64,000 nt of DNA from the human T2T-CHM13v2.0 reference genome, Homo sapiens: the NCBI RefSeq assembly GCF_009914755.1, contig NC_060937.1; one strand, given 5' to 3'. How positions within the stretch are numbered: position 1 is the first letter of the stretch; the number at the start of each line of letters is the position of its first letter. This document shows, in pieces, positions 56,601-64,000 of the stretch. Under the pieces are notes generated by a model. It was given only the letters and a program-made list of their open reading frames with translations. It did no database searches and was not told where the DNA came from. The position numbers and the translations under genes were made by a program.

Positions 56601-59428
56601 TCTTTTATGTTTTTAATATTTTATAAGTTCCTATTGATTTATAATGCATTTTACATTTTGTTTAATAGTGCTTCCTGCTGTTGAACAGTGTTTAAACAGG
56701 TATGATTTCACAGATTTTTTAAAGTGATATGTTAACTTAGTGAATAGAGAGAATAGAAACTAGTATCCGTTTGGTGTTCTCCTCTGTGCTAGACACCATA
56801 TTACATGCTTAATATTTATCATGTCATGTCATCTCCACACAGTTTTACAAACTATTTGTGCTATTATTGCTTTTTTACTAATTAGGCAACTCTGCTTTAA
56901 AGAGGTTGAAATATTGGCTCATGATTCCACAGTTAACAGGTAGTCAACCCATGATTTGGCCATCATCCTGCCTGGCTCTCTAACCACTTCATTTGCCCCT
57001 AAGCATAGACGGATACAGACCTATGCAGCAGTGTGATCACGGTACTGGTTTAACTCAGATCAATTCAGAAAGTCACATTTTGTTATATATTAACTCTCTT
57101 TAGAGTGTTCCTTAGAAGCCTGGATACTCTAAAAGTTTGTCCAAATATTTTGGAAATGGCAGTGGTAACCATATTACATTTTTTTTTAACCATCAAAATT
57201 TTAAAGGCAGGCATCAGTTACCTGTGGCCACAGGACCCTAAGATTTTTGTAAGCAAGACCAGGTCAGTCCTAGAAAAAATATTATCTTACTGTGCATGGA
57301 GATTATCTAAAGATAGACCATGTTATGTTAACTATATTTAGCATATATTAAAAGGATATTTCTAATTCATTTCTCTACTTACTGCCTACCCAGTTAGGAT
57401 TTCTCTTTAAGTGAGTACCCTGCCTAGTTCGCTGAAGCTTTTTCTTATTTTCTGGATTCTTTTATTTTCGTTCTATGACATTTTAATAATACTTTCTTGA
57501 TTTCTTTTTACTTCTCTTCTGCTTTTCTTATGATCTTCTATTATAGTTTTCGTGAACGGCAGCTAAATATTCCCCATTTTTCTATAGACAAAATCAGAGG
57601 TGCATAGAATTTCAGAATGTTAAGAAATCCTAGAGACTAAACAAAATATCCTCTAGTACTTGAATCCTTGCTTAACATCCTGATCAAGTGGTTGTTCAGG
57701 TGGAGAACCTGAAACTCAAAGAGAAAAAATTATTTGGATACAGTAAATCAGAGAAATGAGAATTGCACTCAGCTTTCTTTGTTCAAAACCCAGTCTTCTT
57801 TTACATTCTGTCATTGAGCGATTTTAGTTTTAGAAAGAGGGAGTGGCTCTAGTGATCACAGTGGAAGAGGATGAGAATGGAATGAGCTGTTGAACCCAAT
57901 GAAAGTGGATAAGAATGGAATTTGCAGGGGACAGCCAAATTTGAAGAGAAACAAACCCTTAGTTGCATGGAAATGAGGGTTTTAGGAAAAAATCCGAATT
58001 TTTGGCTTTATTACAAGTTTTATAAAGATAAGGGAGTTGAAAACACAGGATGTCGGGAGCTATCAGGAAAGGCATATTAGAATACGGCATTCAAGGAATT
58101 CTGAAGTGGTTGCTGCCTTTTTGTTTGTTTAACTGGAGGAACTGACAAACTTCAAGGTTTTATTGAAAAATGTTAAAAGAATTTGAGCCACTGGAAATAG
58201 TCTCCGGAGCAGATAGGAATGTGGTATCATCTTCTTCCATCCCAGCTTACAGAGGCCTTAGAATCCCTCAAGGACTAGGGAGCTGGAGATTGCTTAAGTA
58301 CATAAATCTGTGACCCAGAGTGGATGTCTCTTTTTTTCTGACTCTTTTCTCAATTCTCTCATGTACATGTAGGGTAGGGCAAATGTAGGATTGGCCAGCA
58401 AACCAGCAGTGAAGCTTCATTTGGGTAGTTGGTAACATGCGTATGCTTGAGGTGGATGACTGAGACTAACTTACTTTCCAGAAGCAGAGGAATAGAGAGT
58501 TCCTACTCTCAATTATGTTAGCCCGTCTTTTGAGGAATCTGGGCTTTCCTAGGCTGAAGATGTAGATTGGAGATTGCCACGGATCCCTGCAGAAGAGGGA
58601 TCCAGAAGTGGGAGCCCATAGGAAGGAAGATATTTAGATAGTGATGAATGAAATGGAGCTATAAGTACTTAGGAGGGAGACTTTTCCAGCAGTCTCTCTC
58701 TTGTGTATCTGAGTGTCTATGAAGGTTCTTAAGCTTGCTGGTTTTTGTGGATCTGAATAAGGCAGGCTCTATATAATGACAATAATTGGATTTTAAAATT
58801 TTTAATATTTTAATCTTCTGTGAAGAATATTCCCACTAACAACCTAAAAACATATACATTTGTACTTTGACTTTTGTACACTCAGCTTTCAAACATTTTC
58901 AGTGTTTCAGGGGGCTCCCTGTAGTGTTCTAGGGTGAAGAGAATCAATGGGCCCTCTTTAAGTACCTTACATGCTGAAGATCCAAGACTCCCATTTTCCA
59001 GTGACACAGATTAGTCTTTGAATCAGAAATAGATAATGCAGAAGAGACAGTGCCTTTTCTACCTTGTTTTAGGTTATCAGGTTTACTGCAGTTCAGTAAC
59101 AAAAGTTGTGTCAGATATCAACTGGATTTTCAGTTTAGCCTTTAGGGTAGATAATTTATAAGGACAAATTATTGTCTGGCCGTGCCGTTATAATGCCTGT
59201 CACTATTTGTTATGGGTTTAAGGGTGAGTCTGCATTGGATATTTCATAGGTTGGGAGAGGTGGAGGCAGAAATAGGTAACTGAAATGTTTTCTAAAACGG
59301 AAGCCATATCTTAATTATACCAAGAAATATTATTTAATATGCAGATAACTGATTTTCCTCAGACTTTGTTTTGCCATTTTTTTGGAGGCGACACACATGT
59401 ATAGACTGACGGTTTTTGTTTTCTTTGA

Positions 59429-59575
<147 letters not shown>

Positions 59576-60114
59576 TGAATCTCAGTTTTTATATTATTTT
59601 CTTCTAAAACTTAACAGTTGTCTACCTATCATTGTTTTATGTTAGTATTAAAACTTTTATTAGAGATAACCATTTTAAAGAAATGGGAGGGGTTAATTTT
59701 ATTTTTTTTTTTACTTTGGCAAATAATAAATAGTTGATAAATTCTTTGAGAGGTGTGATCTGAAAAAAAATTGCTGGAAAATACACAGTGACAGAAAAAT
59801 GATGTTTGGGAATGCTTTCCCACAAGAGAGGAGATACAAATTTTGGTCTAGGCTTATTTGAGTGTTTTTACTTTGAGTTGTATATCATATGAGTATGACT
59901 AATAATACCTCTGTTTAAATGAATCTTTAATACATCAGATGACTTATCATAGAAATCATGGAATCACTCTGTTACACATAACATGTGGTTTCTTTTTATT
60001 TCTTGTACACATGTTTTGATATCATACACTATTTTTGCAGAGAGCTATTTCCTTATTTTTATTTGTGGCTCTATAATTAGACTAAAATCATATTAGAAAT
60101 TGTGGAAATGTAAC

Positions 60115-60240
60115 TAGACATGGTATCATGTCCATGTAGTCCCACCTATTCAAGAGATCAAGCCAGGAGAATTTCTTGAGCCCAGGAGTTTAAGACCAAG
60201 CTTGGCAATATAACAAGTGCTTATCTCTAATTTTAAAAAG
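60115..60240 (+). mobile_element. FLAM-like Alu monomer (diverged)
   Basis: 'tgtagtccca...cttgagcccaggagtttaagaccaagcttggcaatataacaag'. Confidence 0.7.
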
Positions 60241-62089
60241 TTGTGGAAGTTTAGAAATTTAAATTCTGTTCTCAAATCTGTATTAGAGAAGGTTTACACA
60301 GTGTTTTCCAAGGCTTTTTTATTTAGAGTATACTTTAAACTCTTTATTTAATTGAAAAATATGCATTTTGTTTAAAATAACCTGTCTGATAAACAGAGAC
60401 TCTTCATATTCCTATGGTCAGACTTTAATTTCACAAGGCTTTTGCATTGTAATTAAAAAGAATCCACTCAGGGTCTTTGTATCTCATTCTAAATGTCAAA
60501 TTTCAGAGGCTTTTGTGCTTAGTTATTGAAAAAATAATTGTAAAGCTCCTGCATTACTACCAGCAACTTGAAACTAGAAAACCTATTTGTATGTATCCTG
60601 GAATACACAGAATAAGATCTTGCATGTAAGAAACATTTTAATAGTTTTTAATGTGAATCAACAAACAGGTAAATGGGCTTTTTTATAATAGAATGTTACA
60701 GGTAACATAATATGCATGACATATCTAATAATTAAATCTATTAAATTTCTTGAGTGTTGAATTTATCTTTTCTTCTAATGTTGAGAATGTATAAGTTGAG
60801 GTGACATGTTGAGAAAATATGTCATATAGAAGAAAATAAAATTTAGAAAAGATGAAAAGGAAATAGGAAAGGTGGATACAGCCTGTTTTCTAATATCTTC
60901 CAACTGGAAGCTTAGATTAGGATTTTAGATTAAATTTTCTTAAATTTTTAAAGACCCAATCATTTTCTATTAAATACCTGTTTTTCAGGACATACATTAC
61001 TCTTTCAAATTCTGAATAAAAATTCTTTCTCCAGCTGTTAAGTTGCTGGAATTTTTTTTCCCTCTCTCTGTAGTAAGAATGTTTCAACTTTCAGATCAAT
61101 CATCATGGTTAACTCTTGGGATGTGTTATTTTATAGTAAACAAATGAAACTCTTTCTTACATAAGTATTTACACAAAACAAATTGTCGAGTAAATGCTAA
61201 CCAGTATTATTAAGCATATATTATGAACACAAGGTTTTCTTTTAAGCTCATATTTGATTGACTGGTCATGTCTCTTTTTTTGTTTGTTTCTCCCTCCTTC
61301 CCCTTTGTTTAAAAATGATTTACCTCAGTCTAACTTTCTCCTTGCAGCCCACATGTCCTTAGTGTCTATTCTTTCATTTCACTTCTGTTTCTATTGTCAG
61401 CATACTTAGTTACAGCTTTCTATTTAGTAGCTATGTGTGGCCTTCATTCATGAATCATTGCTCCGTAAGGTGGATGGTTGCTTTGTTCTGTCTTTTTTGG
61501 AAGGAGCTTAAGTTATACTATAATTTGTTTTTAGCTTTTGACACACTGAATAGAAGCAACTTGTACTGTTTCTGATGCCAACCCATTTAAATATAGTACT
61601 ACTAAAAACTACATTCTCACATTTTTTCCCACAAAATGCAATTTGTACAAATATACATCATGCATAGCTATTTTGAAAAATAATGTGATTAATTTACTTT
61701 TTTATTATTAGTTTTATTCGGTAATACTCTAAACTACATAGGGTACATTTTTGTTCTAGTTTGTTGTGGTTAATAAAAGAAACTAATGGATATCATAGTA
61801 TTTGTATAATAATCAACTGGGGTTGAAAGGAGTAACATTTTGAAAATATCTGTCTCACCAATCATAACCATCATGCCATGTGAATCTGTAGATAAGTAAA
61901 TGGCAGACTTGAGGTTTGAATCTACATATGAGTGACTTCAACGTCCATACTTTTCCTGTTAGATCATGTTGTAATGGTGGGTATTATCATTATTTTAACT
62001 TGCCCCATGTTATTCTTAAACCTATTGTGTTTTTCTTCTAGACTATTTCAAAACTATACATCCCAGAGAGAAGGATTATTTCTCTATGA

Positions 62090-62600
<511 letters not shown>

Positions 62601-64000
62601 TCTTTTATGTTTTTAGTACTCTGTAGTTTTCTATTGTTGATTTAAAATGCATTTTACTTTTTCTTTCATAGTGCTTCCTCCTGTTGAAGAGTGTTTTGAC
62701 AGGTATGATTTCACAGATTTTTTAAAGTGATATGTTAACTAAGTGAATAGAGAGAATAGAAACTAGTATCTGTTTAGTGTTCTACTCTGTGCTAGACACC
62801 ATATTACATGCTTAACATTTATCATGTCATGTCATCTTCACACGCTTTACAAACTATTTGTGCTATTATTGCTTTTTTACTAATAATAGGCAACTCTGCT
62901 TTAAAGAGGTTGAAATATTGGCTCATGATTCCACAGTTAACAGGTAGCCAACCCAAGATTAGACCATCATCCTGCCTGGCTCTCAAATCACTTCATTTGC
63001 CCCTAAGCATAGATGGATAGAGGCCTATGCAGCAATGGGATCACGGTACTGATTTACATCGGATCAATTCAGAAAGTCACATTTTGTTATATATTAACTG
63101 TCTTTAGAGTGTTATTTAGAAGCCTGGCTACTCCAAAAGTTTGTCCAAATATTTTGAAATGGCAGTGGTAACCATATTACTTTTTTTTTTAATCATCAAA
63201 GTTTTAAAGGCAGTTATCAGTTATCTGTGGCCACAGGACCCTAAGTTTTTCATAAGCAAGACCAGGCCAGTCCTAGAAAAATATTATCTTACTGTGCTTG
63301 GAGAATATCTAAATATAGTCCATGTTATGTTAACTATATTTAGCATATATTAAAAGGATATTTCTAATTCATTTCTCTACTTACTACCTACCCAGTTAGG
63401 TTTTCTCTTTCAGTAAGTACCCTGCCTGGTTCTCTGAAGCTTTTTCTTATTTTCTGGATTCTTTTTTTTCCTTCTGTGACATTTTAATAATATTTTCTTG
63501 ATTTCTTTTTACTTTCTCCTCTGCTTTTCTTAGGGTTTATGATCTTCTATTATAGTTTTCATTTAAGGCAGCTAAATATTCCCCATTTTCCTATAGACAA
63601 AATCAGAGGTGCATAGAATTTCAGAATATTAAGAAATCCTAGAGACTAAACAAAATATCTTCTAGTACTTGAATCCTTGCTTAACATCCTGATCAAGTGG
63701 TTGTTCAGGTGGAGAACCTGAAACTCAAAGAGAGAAAATTATTTGGATACAGTAAATCAGAGAAATGAGAATTGCACTCAGGTTTCTTAGTTCAAAACCC
63801 AGTCTTCTTTTACATCATTCTGTCATTGAGTGATTTTAGTTTTAGAAAGAGGGAGTGGCTCTGGTGAACACAGTGGAAAAGGATGAGAATGGAATGAGCT
63901 GTTGAACCCAATGAAAGTGGATAAGAATGGAATTTGCAGGGGACAGACAAATTTGAAGATGTAGATTGGAGATTGTCATTGATCCCTGCAGAAGAGGGAT

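Overview
Primate (human or great-ape-like) genomic DNA with pericentromeric/acrocentric-type heterochromatin-boundary architecture. No intact protein-coding gene is present. Left to right: (1) 1-15.96 kb, Alu/old-L1/LTR-dense euchromatin-like sequence with nested insertions; (2) 15.96-17.39 kb, the 3' portion of a CTBP2 processed pseudogene (minus strand) abutting a primate L1PA (17.39-20.99 kb) that is cut off by satellite; (3) 20.99-36.40 kb, about 225 diverged 68-bp beta-satellite monomers with irregular multi-monomer block duplications; (4) 36.40-44.26 kb, a composite satellite in which 26 copies of a ~55-bp Alu 3'-end fragment alternate with (GGAAT/GGAGT)n tracts in an ordered five-type higher-order pattern, the most unusual element in the window; (5) 44.26-47.75 kb, Alu-free diverged HSat2/3-type (GGAAT)n; (6) 47.78-49.29 kb, an L1 with a twin-priming-type inversion; (7) 49.3-64 kb, a 5'-decapitated ANKRD36-family gene copy with 8 canonical-splice-site exons in 1.88-kb and 6.0-kb tandem units and an in-frame TGA. 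Family and gene assignments come from recalled consensus and protein sequences, not from searches. The exact locus and species cannot be determined from the sequence alone. Nearly all ORFs in the supplied track are repeat-derived artefacts.
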